From a bacterium (GTDB lineage Bacteria; Patescibacteriota; Minisyncoccia; Phycocordibacterales; JBBTRF01), in contig JBAXTI010000001.1 of the NCBI GenBank assembly GCA_037130265.1, forward strand, positions 235,086 to 299,085: 64,000 nt of DNA, written 5' to 3'. The stretch's first letter is position 1. Each line of letters opens with the position of its first letter. Both the position numbers and the translations under genes were made by a program. The notes under the pieces were generated by a model. That model did not search any database. It was given only the letters and a program-made list of their open reading frames with translations, and was not told where the DNA came from. Shown one piece after another: positions 18,870 through 28,777 of the stretch.

Positions 18870-20399
18870 TTATTTCGTAACTAATGAATAACACTCGATC
18901 TGGTCGCCTGGCGCGATCTCTATCTTCGATTCGATCATGGTGCCAAACTCGCTGTCTTTGTTGACCTCGCTGACTTTTTCTTTCTTCTGCTGGAGTTCGC
19001 GGATCTTGCCCTTGCCGATCTCGCTGTCGCGACGCATGATGCGCACGTCTGCGCCAATGTTCACAATGCCACCGAGTACTCGACCGCCGACAACCTGCTT
19101 GTCCTTGGTCTTGCTAAAGATTTTGAGAATCTTCGCGGTGCCAGTGACTTCTTCGGCGGTGACCTTCGGTACATTTTTTGCGACTACTGCCTCAATCCAT
19201 TCAATGAGCTTGTAGATGATGTCGAACGAATACATTTCGACGTTTAAACGTTCTCCCATCATCCTAGCCTGAGTGTCGATCGCCACGTTGAAACCGAGAA
19301 TCTTGGTGCCTGGCTGGACAACGGCCATCTTTACGTCCGCTTCGGTGATCGTGCCGACGCCCGACTGCACGAGCTTGATCTGTACTTTGTCGTTTTTGAT
19401 CTTGGCAATTTCATGCTGGATTGCTTCCATGGTGCCGGACACATCGGCTTTGATGATGAGAGTGATGGTCACTTTTTCATTTGCGTCGATGGCACCGCTG
19501 CCATTTTTTGCAACCGTCTTTGCTGCCATCTTTTTTGCCACGGCCACTGCGACCACTGCTTCAGCATCACGCTTGTTGTCGAAGACACGGAAGATTTCGC
19601 CAATGGTGGGAGTGGAGTCGAACCCGAGCAGCTTCACTGGGCTAGAAAAATGCGCCTCCTCTATGCGTGCGCCAGTGAAATCCTCAATCGCTCGCACTGG
19701 GGTGAGGCTGGTGTCACAAACCACAAAGGTGCCTTTTTTCAAAGTGCCGTCTTTGATAATGAGAGTGCCAGAAATACCTTTGCGTGGATCGAGCTTGCTT
19801 TCGATGACAATTCCTTCCGCCTTTTTCGAAAGATCTCCCTTGAGTTCCGCCAATTCGGCAGTGAGGAGGATGAGGTCGAGCAACTCGGGAACACCCTCGC
19901 CGGTTTTGCCAGAAATACCTACCCAAGAGATCTGGCCACCGTAGCCTTCGATGTAGATCTCATGTTCAGCAAGGCTTTGTTTGGTGCGTTCGAGGTTGGC
20001 CTTCGGTGAATCCATTTTGTTGATACCGACGATGTATGGAATACCGGCTTCTTTAATGCAGTTGAGTGCTTCGACGGTTTGCGGCTTCACCCCCTCTTCT
20101 GCAGAAACAATGAGGATGGCGATATCGGCGACATTAGCGCCACGAACACGGATACCCTTGAAGGCGGCGTGGCCGGGGGTGTCGAGGAAGGTAATGAAAT
20201 TCTTTTTCGTGCCACGCGTGTGACAGACCTCGTATGCAGCGATGTGTTGGGTGATGCCGCCGGCTTCTTTGGCGCAGGTATTGGTCTTACGGATATAATC
20301 GAGCAAGGTCGATTTGCCGTGGTCGATGTGCCCCATAACAGCGACGACTGGTGGTCGCTCAATGATCGTCGCTGAAATTGCTGGGGTTTTTTTAGACAT
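18870..20399 (-). CDS. infB: Translation initiation factor IF-2 (short form)
   Basis: RPPVVAVMGHIDHGKSTLLD, EAGGITQHI, FLDTPGH and INKMD; start taken at MSKKTP. Confidence 0.96.
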   Translation of the reverse strand: MSKKTPAISATIIERPPVVAVMGHIDHGKSTLLDYIRKTNTCAKEAGGITQHIAAYEVCHTRGTKKNFITFLDTPGHAAFKGIRVRGANVADIAILIVSAEEGVKPQTVEALNCIKEAGIPYIVGINKMDSPKANLERTKQSLAEHEIYIEGYGGQISWVGISGKTGEGVPELLDLILLTAELAELKGDLSKKAEGIVIESKLDPRKGISGTLIIKDGTLKKGTFVVCDTSLTPVRAIEDFTGARIEEAHFSSPVKLLGFDSTPTIGEIFRVFDNKRDAEAVVAVAVAKKMAAKTVAKNGSGAIDANEKVTITLIIKADVSGTMEAIQHEIAKIKNDKVQIKLVQSGVGTITEADVKMAVVQPGTKILGFNVAIDTQARMMGERLNVEMYSFDIIYKLIEWIEAVVAKNVPKVTAEEVTGTAKILKIFSKTKDKQVVGGRVLGGIVNIGADVRIMRRDSEIGKGKIRELQQKKEKVSEVNKDSEFGTMIESKIEIAPGDQIECYSLVTK

Positions 20400-20456
20400 G
20401 GAAATTGGGGTGTTGTTTTGAGGGTGGTGACAGCCTTCGGCGTGTCGCACGCTCTC

Positions 20457-20945
20457 TTATTGAATTGTCAGCGCGTGTTTTGCTTTGGAGATAGCCTCCT
20501 CTTCTTCCGGTGAGAGCTCGAATTCGGAAATGAAATTCTTAAGGGGCTTCGCGAAGATGCCGAGGCGGTCTCGGGCATTGAGAGTGGAGATCACGACGCC
20601 ATCACCTTTTTCGTTGAGGTAGGCTGTCGCGAAGCTCATGTTGCCACCCGCGCCGATGCCTTTGAAGGCGTTGAAACGCACGGTCTCAACGGCGCGGGTG
20701 CTTCTCGCGAGGCGTCGCTCCACAAGTGTGAGATACTTCTCCATCTCTTGCTGAAACTCCTCACTTTCCTCCAACCCTTTTTTGATATGGAGTACAGTGT
20801 CTTCGAGACTCTTGGCGTTTTTGCCGACAAGTAATCGATGGACGCGGACTTCCAAGTGGACAATGAGCACAATGAGTATCAGGGCAATGCCGGAAACTGC
20901 GTACAAAAGCAGGTTCAAAGGAATTGAACTAACATCAAAAGTCAT
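20457..20945 (-). CDS. DUF4446-like membrane-anchored protein
   Basis: TM plus coiled coil, then VRFNAF...GGNMSFATA.L...GDGVVIS...R....AKP...LSPEEEEAI. Confidence 0.8.
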   Translation of the reverse strand: MTFDVSSIPLNLLLYAVSGIALILIVLIVHLEVRVHRLLVGKNAKSLEDTVLHIKKGLEESEEFQQEMEKYLTLVERRLARSTRAVETVRFNAFKGIGAGGNMSFATAYLNEKGDGVVISTLNARDRLGIFAKPLKNFISEFELSPEEEEAISKAKHALTIQ

Positions 20946-21009
20946 CTCGATACTATACCTCTTTTGTTGACTTTTTGCAAAAAGCGACGTTGTGGGATAC
21001 CATCTTGGT

Positions 21010-22395
21010 ATGTTGGATTTCCTCAATAGATTGGCCAAAAAAGGTAAGATGAGAGGTGTTCCGACATTTCTCAATCGTCGCGTATATTTGGATTATGCTG
21101 CACTGACGCCACCAGATGTCCGTGTGTCGCGCGAAGTGGCGCAGACTGTGCAGCGATATTTTGCCAACCCGTCGGCTATTCATGCTGATGGTGTCCAGGC
21201 TCGAAAAGCGCTGGCGAGTGCCCGTTCTCGTGTTGCCAAAGTGTTGGGTGCACAGGCCGACGAGGTGTTGTTTGTCGCCACGGGTACCGAGGCGAACAAT
21301 CTCGCGATCTTTGGTTTGTTCAAAAAATTGGTGATGCCTAAAATACTCGGTGGCTTCGGCCTCAAGCCGAGTGACTTGCATTGTCTCGTGTCCGAGATCG
21401 AGCATGCTTCGGTGCTGGAATCAGCTCGACATCTCGCGGAGGTTGGCGTGAATGTTGAATATGTCTCGATCGATGCCTCGGGTCGCATTGATGTTGCGGA
21501 ATTGCGCAAGAAACTTCGGCCGAATACGTTTTTGGTATCCGTGATGTCGGCAAACAATGAGATAGGTACCATCCAGCCGGTCGATGAGGTGGCGAAAGCA
21601 GTGCGCAAGGCACGAAAAGAAAATGTGCTCGCGGGAATGGTCACGGGTGCTGTTGGTGAGACAGGTCACGCTGCATCGGCGCCGATGTTTCCGTTGTTGC
21701 ATTGCGATGCAAGTCAATCGCCACTGTATATGAAGCTGTCGACACCAGGATTTGGTGCAGACATGATCACGCTCGATAGTCACAAGGTCTGTGGACCGCG
21801 AAGTGTCGGTGTGTTGTGGGTGCGACGCGGCATTGAGCTAATGTCGATCCTCTATGGTGGCGGACAGGAGCATGGCGTGCGTTCGGGTACCGAAAATGTG
21901 CCAGGGGTGACGGGGATGGCGAAAGCGCTCGAGCTTGCCGAAGGCTTGCGAGAGCGCGAGGTGGAGAGACTCACTGAATTGCGAAGTTATTTCATTGTGC
22001 GCGCGCAAGAAATGATCGCCGAAAAAGCTTCACACGTCAAAATGTTTCTCAATGGTTCGTCCAATGTCGATGCACTGCATCAGTCGCCACATATTGTGAG
22101 CTTTTCGTTTGAAAAAACAGAGGGTATGATTGATCACGAGTTTTTGTTGTTGAAATTGGATGCGCGCGGCGTTGCGTGCTCCACCAAGAGCGCTTGTCTT
22201 CGCGACGAGGACGAGTCCTACGTGATCCGCGCGCTCCGCCGCGCCCAAGCTGCCGCAATCGCCAACGGCACCTTGTCTGCCGCCACTGTTCCATCGACCC
22301 CGCATGCTCTCCGTTTTTCCTTTGGCCGCTGGACGACCAAGCGAGAAATCGACCGTGCTCTCACTGCGCTTGTTGAGTCGCTTCGTTCTATTTGA
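21010..22395 (+). CDS. iscS: Cysteine desulfurase (IscS/NifS class)
   Basis: YLDYAALTP, ANPSAIH, NNEIGTIQP, PLP-Lys motif DSHKVCGP, RSGTEN and catalytic STKSAC. Confidence 0.92.
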   Translation: MLDFLNRLAKKGKMRGVPTFLNRRVYLDYAALTPPDVRVSREVAQTVQRYFANPSAIHADGVQARKALASARSRVAKVLGAQADEVLFVATGTEANNLAIFGLFKKLVMPKILGGFGLKPSDLHCLVSEIEHASVLESARHLAEVGVNVEYVSIDASGRIDVAELRKKLRPNTFLVSVMSANNEIGTIQPVDEVAKAVRKARKENVLAGMVTGAVGETGHAASAPMFPLLHCDASQSPLYMKLSTPGFGADMITLDSHKVCGPRSVGVLWVRRGIELMSILYGGGQEHGVRSGTENVPGVTGMAKALELAEGLREREVERLTELRSYFIVRAQEMIAEKASHVKMFLNGSSNVDALHQSPHIVSFSFEKTEGMIDHEFLLLKLDARGVACSTKSACLRDEDESYVIRALRRAQAAAIANGTLSAATVPSTPHALRFSFGRWTTKREIDRALTALVESLRSI

Positions 22396-22408
22396 TACAA
22401 TACAAGAC

Positions 22409-23194
22409 ATGGAAGAGCTTTCGAAACACCAAATCGTCCTCGTGACGCTATTGGTGAGTTTCATTACCTCGGTAGCCACTGGCATCGTGACGGTTTCTCT
22501 TGTCGAGCAAGCACCCCAGGGTGTGACGCAGACCATCAATCGTGTTATCGAACGTACGGTGGAGAAGGTGGTGCCGGGTGGTATGCCAGCGACAGTGATC
22601 ATTTCTCAAGATGGCAGTCGGGCTAATGCGGAAGATCTCGTTGTTTCAGCAGTAGAGAAGAATGCCAAGAGTTTGGTGCGCATCAAAGGTACGGTCAATG
22701 CCGATCCGCCAACATTCGCTGGCCTGGGTCTCGTGGTCTCAAAAGATTGGATTGTTGCCGACAAGAGTATCGTCGTGGAGGGCGGCTCGTATCTCGCAGT
22801 GATGTCGGATGGCAAAATCCTCGACCTTGATCTTGTTGCTCGCAACGAAGTGATCAAGATCGCGGTGTTCAAGGCACGTCTCGATCCGAAGCTCGACTAT
22901 CAGTTGAAGCCGATTAAAATGGGGGACTCCAATTCGGTGAAGATCGGCCAGGATGTGATTGTGCTCGCTGGAGCCGAACGAAACGTCATCTCTCGCAGTA
23001 CCATCACTGGTCTCATCACCAATTCCGACGGCACCCCTTCGAACATCGAGACTGACTCGCTGCTCAACTATAGTGCTGAGCCACTCATCGCCCTCAATGG
23101 TGAGGTGGTGGGTATCAAGACTCGTCGCGAGGGCGTCAATCCAGCCGACTTTCTTCCGATCAATAGTTTGGCTGATATGTTGAAAGGTCTTTGA
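22409..23194 (+). CDS. Membrane-anchored trypsin-like (HtrA-related) domain protein, probably inactive
   Basis: GDSNSVKIGQDVI and PLIALNGEVVGI are HtrA-like; the catalytic His motif is replaced by ADKSIV. Confidence 0.7.
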   Translation: MEELSKHQIVLVTLLVSFITSVATGIVTVSLVEQAPQGVTQTINRVIERTVEKVVPGGMPATVIISQDGSRANAEDLVVSAVEKNAKSLVRIKGTVNADPPTFAGLGLVVSKDWIVADKSIVVEGGSYLAVMSDGKILDLDLVARNEVIKIAVFKARLDPKLDYQLKPIKMGDSNSVKIGQDVIVLAGAERNVISRSTITGLITNSDGTPSNIETDSLLNYSAEPLIALNGEVVGIKTRREGVNPADFLPINSLADMLKGL

Positions 23195-23227
23195 CTTGCC
23201 GTCGGAAGGCGAATATAGTTACCACAT

Positions 23228-26026
23228 ATGCCTCCACTCAACCATTTCACTACCAAAGCCAAAGAAGCCATCCGGCGAGCTCATGAGCTCGCTATTGAGC
23301 GCGGACAGAATCATGTAAACCCGATACACCTCCTCATTTCTCTCGTGTTGCAAGAGGAGAGCATGGTGATTTCAATTTTGGATAAATTGGAGGTGGACAC
23401 GGTGCTTTTGACCGATTCTTTGCTCGATGCGATCGAGTCTCCTGATGGCGCCCCAGTGCTTGCGCCGTCATATCAGCTGTATCTCACTCCGGAATTGGCC
23501 CAGGCGATAGAGTCGTCGAGCAAAGTCGCGGCGGCATTGAAGGATGATTTTGTTTCGACTGAACATTTGTTCATCGCGTTACTCGAAGTGCAGGGGACGG
23601 TGAGGGAGATTATTGCAAAGTTCCGTATCGAGAAGGCTGCGGTATTGAAGGTGCTCGAAGAATTGAAGGCGACGAAGCCGAATGAATCGCATGGCCCGAA
23701 GAAGAATAAATTTATTCCTAAATACACTCGCAGCCTCACCAAGCTCGCAGCAGAGAACAAGCTCGATCCAGTAATTGGCCGAGATACTGAGACTTCGCGC
23801 CTGATTCAGATTTTGTCTCGACGTACGAAAAACAACCCGATTTTGATCGGCGAGTCTGGCGTGGGGAAGACCGCGATTGCAGAGGGGCTGGCGTTGCGCA
23901 TGGCGAGCGGGGATGTTCCAGAGTCACTCAAGGACAAGGAGCTCGTGTCGCTTGATCTCGGCTTACTTATCGCCGGTACAAAATACCGAGGTGAATTTGA
24001 AGAGCGTTTGAAGAATATTATGAAGGAGGTGGAGAAGTCGGCTGGGAAGATCATTTTGTTCATCGATGAGATCCACACTATTGTGGGTGCCGGTGCAGCG
24101 GAAGGTTCGATGGATGCATCGAACATGCTAAAGCCCGCGCTCGCTCGCGGCGAGCTTCGCGCGATCGGCGCCACCACGCTCCGCGAGTTTCAGAAACACA
24201 TCGAGAAGGACCCCGCGCTCACGCGACGCTTCCAGCCGGTGTTTGTGAGCGAGCCGAGCGCGGAGGACGCCGTGGCCATTTTGCGTGGACTGAAAGAAAA
24301 ATACGAGATCTTCCACGGCGTCAAAATCAGCGACGAAGCTATCCTCGCGTCGGTCAATTTGAGTACTCGATATATCACCGATCGTTTTTTGCCGGACAAA
24401 GCAATCGACCTCATCGACGAAGCCGCTTCACAGCTGAAAATTTCTCTCGAAAACATGCCACCGGTGCTCGAAGAGACGCGTCGAAAAATCATGCGTTTGC
24501 AGATCGAGCATGAGGCATTGAAGGGCGAAGCAAAGACCAAAAAGACCGCGAAGGCACGATTGAAGGAGATCGACAAAGAGATTGCTGACCTACGTGAGAC
24601 GACTTCGGAATTGGAATTGAAGTGGAAGAATGAAAAGGAAATCATCACTGGCATTAAGACCGCGAAGCACGAGCTCGAAGCATTGCGTCTCGAGGCAGAG
24701 CAGGCAGAGGCGCGTGCCGACCTCGCAAAAGCGGCAGAGATTCGCTATGGCAAAATCCCAGCTGTCGAGAAGGAGCTCGAAAACAAGAGCAAGCGTCTGA
24801 AAAAGCTTCAGACCGGACGACGTATTTTGAAAGAGGAGATTACTGAGTCAGATATCGCTGACATCGTGTCGCGCTGGACGGGTATTCCAGTGAACCGCAT
24901 GCTCGAAGAAGAGATGAAGAAGCTCGCGCGTATGGAGGAGTTTTTGCACAAGCGAATCATCGGCCAGGATGAGGCGGTGAAGAAAATCTCGGACACTATT
25001 AAGCGTTCGCGTGTCGGCATTGCCGATCCCAATCGTCCGATCGGTTCATTCATCTTCCTCGGACCGACCGGTGTGGGCAAGACCGAGCTCACCAAGGCAC
25101 TCGCAGAGTTTATGTTCGACGACGAAAAGGCGTTGCTCCGCGTGGACATGTCTGAATACATGGAAAAGCATTCCGTTTCGAAGATTATCGGCGCACCACC
25201 AGGCTATGTTGGTCACGATGAGGCCAATAGCTTTGCTGAGCAGGTGCGACATCGTCCGTACTCGGTGGTTCTGTTTGATGAAATCGAGAAGGCCCATCCG
25301 GATGTGTTCAATATTTTGCTCCAAGTGCTCGACAATGGGCGACTCACTGACACTAAGGGACGCGTGATCAATTTCAAAAATACGATCATCATCATGACCT
25401 CGAACATCGGCGCGCAATTCATCGACAAGATGGAGCGTATCGGTTTTAGCGGCGGCACTACCGAGAAGCAGCAGTATGAAGACGTGAAGGAAAAAGTGAT
25501 GACGAGCTTGAAGGATTATTTCCGACCAGAATTTTTGAATCGTCTCGATGACGTGTTGGTGTTCGATGTACTTTCACAGGCAGCGATTGGCGACATTGTG
25601 AATATCCAGGTGGAGGTTGTGAAGAAGCGTTTGGCGGAGAAGGAGATCAAGCTCGAGCTCTCGCCGGATGTGTTCGCAGTGCTCGCGAAGGAGGGATACA
25701 ATCCGCAGTATGGCGCGCGTCCATTGAAGCGCTTGATTCAAACCAAGATTTTGACGCCGATTGCATCACTTATGATCGCGCATAACATGATGCGTGGCGG
25801 GACGGTGTTGGTGAAGCTGGTGAGTGGTGCGAGTGCGGGAGCGGCTACGAACAGCACGAAGCCCTCAGCGGAGATTGCTGGCGCTGGCACCGCAACAGCT
25901 GCTATAAGCGAGTTTACGTTTGAGGTGAAGCCGTCGGCTGAAAGTGCGAAGAAGGCGCGCAAGAGCGGGGTGGTGGTTTCTGGAGGCGCCGCTACGCCAG
26001 CAGGGAAGGAGAAGATGGGGGCGTAG
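23228..26026 (+). CDS. clpB: ClpB chaperone
   Basis: Clp-N repeats, two AAA+ modules ([16 protein letters not shown]) and a long M-domain ([10 protein letters not shown]). Confidence 0.95.
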   Translation: MPPLNHFTTKAKEAIRRAHELAIERGQNHVNPIHLLISLVLQEESMVISILDKLEVDTVLLTDSLLDAIESPDGAPVLAPSYQLYLTPELAQAIESSSKVAAALKDDFVSTEHLFIALLEVQGTVREIIAKFRIEKAAVLKVLEELKATKPNESHGPKKNKFIPKYTRSLTKLAAENKLDPVIGRDTETSRLIQILSRRTKNNPILIGESGVGKTAIAEGLALRMASGDVPESLKDKELVSLDLGLLIAGTKYRGEFEERLKNIMKEVEKSAGKIILFIDEIHTIVGAGAAEGSMDASNMLKPALARGELRAIGATTLREFQKHIEKDPALTRRFQPVFVSEPSAEDAVAILRGLKEKYEIFHGVKISDEAILASVNLSTRYITDRFLPDKAIDLIDEAASQLKISLENMPPVLEETRRKIMRLQIEHEALKGEAKTKKTAKARLKEIDKEIADLRETTSELELKWKNEKEIITGIKTAKHELEALRLEAEQAEARADLAKAAEIRYGKIPAVEKELENKSKRLKKLQTGRRILKEEITESDIADIVSRWTGIPVNRMLEEEMKKLARMEEFLHKRIIGQDEAVKKISDTIKRSRVGIADPNRPIGSFIFLGPTGVGKTELTKALAEFMFDDEKALLRVDMSEYMEKHSVSKIIGAPPGYVGHDEANSFAEQVRHRPYSVVLFDEIEKAHPDVFNILLQVLDNGRLTDTKGRVINFKNTIIIMTSNIGAQFIDKMERIGFSGGTTEKQQYEDVKEKVMTSLKDYFRPEFLNRLDDVLVFDVLSQAAIGDIVNIQVEVVKKRLAEKEIKLELSPDVFAVLAKEGYNPQYGARPLKRLIQTKILTPIASLMIAHNMMRGGTVLVKLVSGASAGAATNSTKPSAEIAGAGTATAAISEFTFEVKPSAESAKKARKSGVVVSGGAATPAGKEKMGA

Positions 26027-26073
26027 TAGAGTGGTTAATTGCGAGAAAAGACTCGAGAGAATATAATTCTCTC

Positions 26074-26865
26074 ATGGCTCGTAAGTGGACAACTGAAGAA
26101 GAAAGCAACCATCGACACGAGCTGAGCGAGTTGTACGAACACGGTAACTTATCTATTGGACAGATCGCAAAGCGGCTCGGCATTGCTCAGCAGACCATTT
26201 TCAAGCGCATTCGTCGGCTCGGTCTCGTGCCTCACCCTGAGCGAAAGTCGAAGTATAGAAATACGCGGAATGACATCCATATCCCAGAAGAATATTCCGA
26301 TGAACTGGCGGAATTTATCGGGATCATGCTTGGGGACGGTCACCTGTCGCACTTTCAGGCGGTGGTTACATTGGGAACGAAAGAGGTTCCCTATGCTCGG
26401 TATGTCCGTAGGCTCATCACGAAGCTTTTTAAAGCAGAGGCGTCAATCTCGATTCGTGCTGACGGATATCGAGATGTATATCTCAGCTCGGTTGTGGTGA
26501 CAAAATGGCTACGGACACACGGTCTCGTTTCAAATAAAGTATTGGGTCAAGTCGCTCCACCAAAATGGATTTTTACGAAGCCTTCTTTCAAAGAGGCTTT
26601 TATAAGGGGAGTGTTCGATACTGATGGGTCCGTATACAAACTTCGTTTTGGCGTGCAAGTCTCATTTTCCAATCGATCCAGGCCGCTGCTCCGGTCTTTA
26701 CAATTAGCCTTAAGGCAATTACAATACACACCATCTGAGATCAGTGGATACCAGTTGTATCTCACGAAGAATTCAGACCTCAGACGCTTTCTGAAGGAGA
26801 TTTGTCCGAGGAATCCGAAGCATGTTCGTCGGTTCAGGCTCTTTCTGAAATCAGTAAAGAAGTAA
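26074..26865 (+). CDS. HTH plus two-motif LAGLIDADG endonuclease-family protein
   Basis: N-terminal HTH (LSIGQIAKRLGIAQQTIFKRIRRLG); motifs AEFIGIMLGDGH and FIRGVFDTDGS. Confidence 0.88.
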   Translation: MARKWTTEEESNHRHELSELYEHGNLSIGQIAKRLGIAQQTIFKRIRRLGLVPHPERKSKYRNTRNDIHIPEEYSDELAEFIGIMLGDGHLSHFQAVVTLGTKEVPYARYVRRLITKLFKAEASISIRADGYRDVYLSSVVVTKWLRTHGLVSNKVLGQVAPPKWIFTKPSFKEAFIRGVFDTDGSVYKLRFGVQVSFSNRSRPLLRSLQLALRQLQYTPSEISGYQLYLTKNSDLRRFLKEICPRNPKHVRRFRLFLKSVKK

Positions 26866-26879
26866 GCAGAGAACAGAAT

Positions 26880-26964
26880 GCGCAGGTACTCAAGCGGTCA
26901 ACGAGGACCGGCTGTAAACCGGTTGGCTACGCCTACGGGGGTTCGAGTCCCTCCCTGCGCACCA
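26880..26964 (+). tRNA. tRNA-Tyr(GTA)
   Basis: Anticodon arm ACCGG-CTGTAAA-CCGGT, long variable arm, encoded CCA. Confidence 0.95.
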
Positions 26965-26969
26965 AAATA

Positions 26970-27004
26970 CAGCAAAAAAGCCCTAAAATAGGGCTTTTTT
27001 GCTG
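26970..27004 (+). terminator. Intrinsic (bidirectional) terminator after tRNA-Tyr
   Basis: CAGCAAAAAAGCCCTA-AAA-TAGGGCTTTTTTGCTG. Confidence 0.8.
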
Positions 27005-27038
27005 CGTCAGTTCAAGTTATTGAACCATTACGGCTCTA

Positions 27039-27135
27039 TTGACAAATGACATGAAGGTGATATAATACACAACAGTTAACTCGAGAAACGGGCACAACGC
27101 CCAATTCTGTTTTAGAGAGCCGTCGCTCTTTGAAA
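27039..27135 (+). promoter_or_regulatory. Sigma70 promoter with boxA-like leader
   Basis: TTGACA (27039), 16-nt spacer, TATAAT (27061); GCTCTTTGAAA at 27125-27135. Confidence 0.65.
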
Positions 27136-27166
27136 TCGGTCAAATTGCAGTCAAAAACTCCTATCT

Positions 27167-27472
27167 ATGAGCGCACACCGTCCGTCAGTTCAGCCAGAAA
27201 AGGTCAAGGACTGGGTCCTTTTCCTCGGTTTCGTGTCGTTAGCTGCCGGCCTTGCCGTCAGCTGCTACATCTTCGGATTCGGAACCTCGCCGTCCGCTTC
27301 TGCGGCCGGTAAGAAGTCGCCCATTGTGCCTGTTCGCGAAATGCGTCAGGCACAGCCGTCGCCGGATCAAGCCGGTGACTTCGTGTCACGCTCAAACAGC
27401 GCGAACCGCGATACGGATCTGCCGATCGAAGTGAAGTCCACCCTGAGTGGCACACTTCAACGGCCGCAGTGA
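27167..27472 (+). CDS. Small single-TM protein, unknown function
   Basis: 101 aa with one TM and a Pro/Ser-rich tail; first ORF after the promoter. Confidence 0.55.
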   Translation: MSAHRPSVQPEKVKDWVLFLGFVSLAAGLAVSCYIFGFGTSPSASAAGKKSPIVPVREMRQAQPSPDQAGDFVSRSNSANRDTDLPIEVKSTLSGTLQRPQ

Positions 27473-27559
27473 ATGTCGGTGAAATTGAACAAAAAACAAC
27501 GCAAGAAAACACAAAAAACAACCGCAACTCAGAAACGCAACTCAGAAATCCAGAAACGC

Positions 27560-28651
27560 ATGAAAAAGTCCAGTCTCTGTCTCCTGTCCCTCGTCCTCAT
27601 CGCGCTCATCGCTACTTCGGCCCTCGCAGGTCAGAGTGTGCGGCCAGCTCCGCCGAACCTCGGCATGATCAAGTCGGCAGCGCTCCTCTGGAGCTACGCC
27701 GACTCGCAAGCCACGGAAGGCAACTTCCAGGCCTATGGCGACACCGTCCTCAACGACTGGGGCCGCACAATGGTGACAGCCAAGCTGTTGTCGCCGGAAA
27801 GCGAAACCTTTGTTGGCGACGCCGAAAAGGTGCTCGCGTTAATCAACGAGCAGAGCCTGTATTTCAGGGTGTCCTCGGCCATCGGCAAGTTCTACTACTA
27901 CGGCTCGATCAACAACGCGAAGGGTCGCCAGCTCTTCTATACGGGCGGCGAAACCAAGCTGGTTCCTGATCGCTATGGCGACTACGAGCTCGCTGACAAT
28001 GCGCGCTACTCCGTCTGGGGATTGGTGCCGGTGGTGCCGATTGCCTTCGATGGCTTGCAGTCTGCGAAAGTGGTCGTGCAAGACGCCTCTGGCAACGTGC
28101 AGACGAGCCCGCTCGAAGTGAACGACGGTTATCTCATGTTCCCGACCAACCTCGTGGACCGTGCTGGTGACCTGATCCTCACACGCACTGTGGAAGGTCA
28201 AGAGCAGCCGGAAACGCTGGCTTACGACCTCCATACAGCGAAGCCGAAGCCGCTCAGCTACGTCTACGGCGCTTCCCGTGGGCAGCTCGAAAAGCTGTTC
28301 AAGATGAACATCCAGAGCGGCGAGCCGTCCTGGAAGTTTGATGGCTGGGGCATCGGCAACACGGACTTCGTGCTGATCTTCGATGTGCAGTCTCCTCGCT
28401 CAGACCTATGGTCCCTCGAGGTCAACAAGCTCAACGATGCAAACGGCCAAGTTGCCGTGGGTGTCGTTGTCCGCTCGGCCGCAGACAGTGGCTTCGAGAA
28501 AGCGGTATATTTGCCGTTTGACGAGAAGAACAACTTCTCCAACCCGGTGAAAATCGGGTTGCCGGAAGGGAAATGGCACGTGATTCCGATCTGGCCCAGT
28601 GACCCATACCGCTATCTCTACCTTCAGTGGTGGGGCGGCGGCAAGGGCTGA
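27560..28651 (+). CDS. Secreted protein of unknown function, ends GGGKG
   Basis: Signal peptide MKKSSLCLLSLVLIALIATSALA; C-ending codon bias; followed by a terminator. Confidence 0.8.
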   Translation: MKKSSLCLLSLVLIALIATSALAGQSVRPAPPNLGMIKSAALLWSYADSQATEGNFQAYGDTVLNDWGRTMVTAKLLSPESETFVGDAEKVLALINEQSLYFRVSSAIGKFYYYGSINNAKGRQLFYTGGETKLVPDRYGDYELADNARYSVWGLVPVVPIAFDGLQSAKVVVQDASGNVQTSPLEVNDGYLMFPTNLVDRAGDLILTRTVEGQEQPETLAYDLHTAKPKPLSYVYGASRGQLEKLFKMNIQSGEPSWKFDGWGIGNTDFVLIFDVQSPRSDLWSLEVNKLNDANGQVAVGVVVRSAADSGFEKAVYLPFDEKNNFSNPVKIGLPEGKWHVIPIWPSDPYRYLYLQWWGGGKG

Positions 28652-28696
28652 ACAGGCCGACTGCAATTGACTCGATTGATTCGCAGTTACAGTAAG

Positions 28697-28726
28697 CAGC
28701 GCACTCCAAGGGGTGCGCTGTTTTTT
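28697..28726 (+). terminator. Intrinsic terminator
   Basis: CAGCGCACTC...GGGTGCGCTG followed by T6. Confidence 0.7.
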
Positions 28727-28777
28727 CTTGCCTGCGCATGACTTCTCGCGGTATATCCTCCCGGCGTCGTTCGTTCT

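Noticed and set aside
26017-26055. tRNA-like 5' fragment (GGGGCGTAGTAGAGTGGTTAA) suggesting an intron-split tRNA around the LAGLIDADG gene
   Set aside because: No matching anticodon arm or 3' half; tRNA-Tyr downstream is complete; the sequence overlaps the clpB stop.
27523-27548. Tandem CGCAACTCAGAAA repeat as an array
   Set aside because: Only two copies with no spacers; consistent with slippage in an A/C-rich leader.
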